From Abditibacteriaceae bacterium (lineage in GTDB: Bacteria > Armatimonadota > Abditibacteriia > Abditibacteriales > Abditibacteriaceae): 26,082 bases of DNA. Below, one piece after another: positions 25,027-26,082 of this stretch. The stretch spans positions 1 to 26,082 of the forward strand of contig JANPJS010000171.1 in NCBI GenBank assembly GCA_031425655.1. The letters are read 5' to 3'. How positions within the stretch are numbered: the first letter of the stretch is position 1; every line of letters starts with the position of its first letter. The notes below the pieces were generated by a model. That model did no database searches. It had not been told where the DNA came from and saw only the letters and a list, made by a program, of their open reading frames with translations. The position numbers were made by a program, and so were the translations under genes.

Positions 25027-25983
25027 ATTATCGAAATCCAACAACTTCTTAATCCAGTAAATGCCGCCCATTTGCATGAAAAACCACACGTAAAGCCCAA
25101 TGCCGCCTTCGGGCGTGTTGGTGAGCAGGGCCATGTATTCGGGATTGATGATTCTCAGCATGACCGCGATGCCGATAGGCATACAGATCAACATACCGCC
25201 GCTGATGCGACCTTGTGCCGTCAAGGCGGCGATTTCGCGGCGCAGGCGAATGCGGTCGCGGATAGTCACGGCGATGCTGTCCAACATCACCGACAAGTTG
25301 CCGCCGACCGAAAGCTGGATATTGGTGGCGCTGACCGTCATGTCGTAGTCATACGAATTGACGCGCTCGGATAATTGCGTCAAAGCGCGCTGCGTGTCTA
25401 AACCAAGCTGCACAAGGCGAATTACGCGCAGGAATTCGTCTTTAATCGGCGGCTGTAATTGCTGCGAGGCCATGTCCAAGCCTTGCACGAACGAAAAGCC
25501 GCCGCGCAGCGCCGAGGCGATAATCGCTAAGGCATCGGCCAATTGGTATTCCAATTTGGTTTTTCGCTGGCTCGATAGAAAACCTAAAATCCAGCGAGGA
25601 ATATTGAAACCGAGCCAGATCGAAACCAGCACGATGCCGGTGCGCCGCACCATGGAAAACAAGCCGCCGTCATTCGGCATCCGGTTCAAGGCGACCAATC
25701 CCACTAAAATGGCAAGGCCGACGATCACCAGATTGATCATGTAGAACTCGCTGGGCTTGATTAAAAGCCCGGCGCTGACCAAATCGCGCTCGATTTTCGA
25801 GGACTTGCCTTTGCCGCGCAGCAGGCGCGAGATGAAAGCGAAGCGTTCCTCTTTATCGCGGGTCACAGCGACTTGTGCCGCCTCGACCGAAAGTCCGTCC
25901 TCGGTCACCGCCGAGCGGCGCAGTCGGGAAGCTACTAAAAACAACACATTAAGGCCGATCAAAACCCAGACTGCGGTTGCCAT
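25024..25983 (-). CDS. tadB: Tad pilus assembly protein TadB (T2SS F family)
   Basis: QLADALAIIASALRGGFSF, PPIKDEF, VGGNLS, TIRDRIRLRREIAALTAQGRISG and NPEYM. RBS AAGGAG. Confidence 0.92.
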   Translation of the reverse strand: MATAVWVLIGLNVLFLVASRLRRSAVTEDGLSVEAAQVAVTRDKEERFAFISRLLRGKGKSSKIERDLVSAGLLIKPSEFYMINLVIVGLAILVGLVALNRMPNDGGLFSMVRRTGIVLVSIWLGFNIPRWILGFLSSQRKTKLEYQLADALAIIASALRGGFSFVQGLDMASQQLQPPIKDEFLRVIRLVQLGLDTQRALTQLSERVNSYDYDMTVSATNIQLSVGGNLSVMLDSIAVTIRDRIRLRREIAALTAQGRISGGMLICMPIGIAVMLRIINPEYMALLTNTPEGGIGLYVWFFMQMGGIYWIKKLLDFDN

Positions 25984-26001
25984 AAAGTCTCCTTGCGGAG
26001 A

Positions 26002-26082
26002 AGTTTTGAGTTTTGAGTTTTTTGTTTTTAGTTTATTTGTAAATCAAAAATAAAAAATAAAAAATAAAAAAAACATAAATAA
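26002..26082. repeat. AT-rich inverted heptamer repeat, truncated by the window edge
   Basis: AGTTTTGAGTTTTGAGTTTTTTG... followed by (TAAAAAA)n. Same TTTTGAG unit as 4268-4333. Confidence 0.65.

Noticed and set aside
24294..25100. 268-aa ORF with FWVLG repeats
   Set aside because: Translation of the heptamer repeat, out of frame with tadB and tadC.

Overview
Bacterial chromosomal window, moderately GC-rich by eye. The gene style suggests Armatimonadota/Abditibacteriota or a similar soil lineage, but this is only an impression. It holds about 20 protein genes and no rRNA, tRNA, CRISPR array or transposase. In order: a secreted protein with two discoidin-like domains; a three-gene signalling operon (REC-histidine kinase, membrane HAMP-GAF kinase, single-domain response regulator); a PlsC-type acyltransferase divergent from a GH16-like glycoside hydrolase; a single-chain restriction-modification-specificity fusion (Type IIG/IIB-like); two alpha/beta hydrolases; a D-2-hydroxyacid dehydrogenase / DUF3431-like / PfkB operon; an orphan membrane-fusion-like protein / NlpC/P60 / archaemetzincin operon; an antitoxin plus frameshifted MazF/PemK toxin between 31-bp direct repeats; and the end of a tad pilus operon (tadB, tadC, FGE-fold protein, PH-like protein). 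The most unusual signal is non-coding. Many intergenic regions carry palindromic elements from several unrelated families. A 19-nt micro-element (TCCTGCCCAGAGGGCRCCC) has landed twice in two different palindromes, each time replacing 4 nt (net +15), and empty-site controls are visible in the same window.
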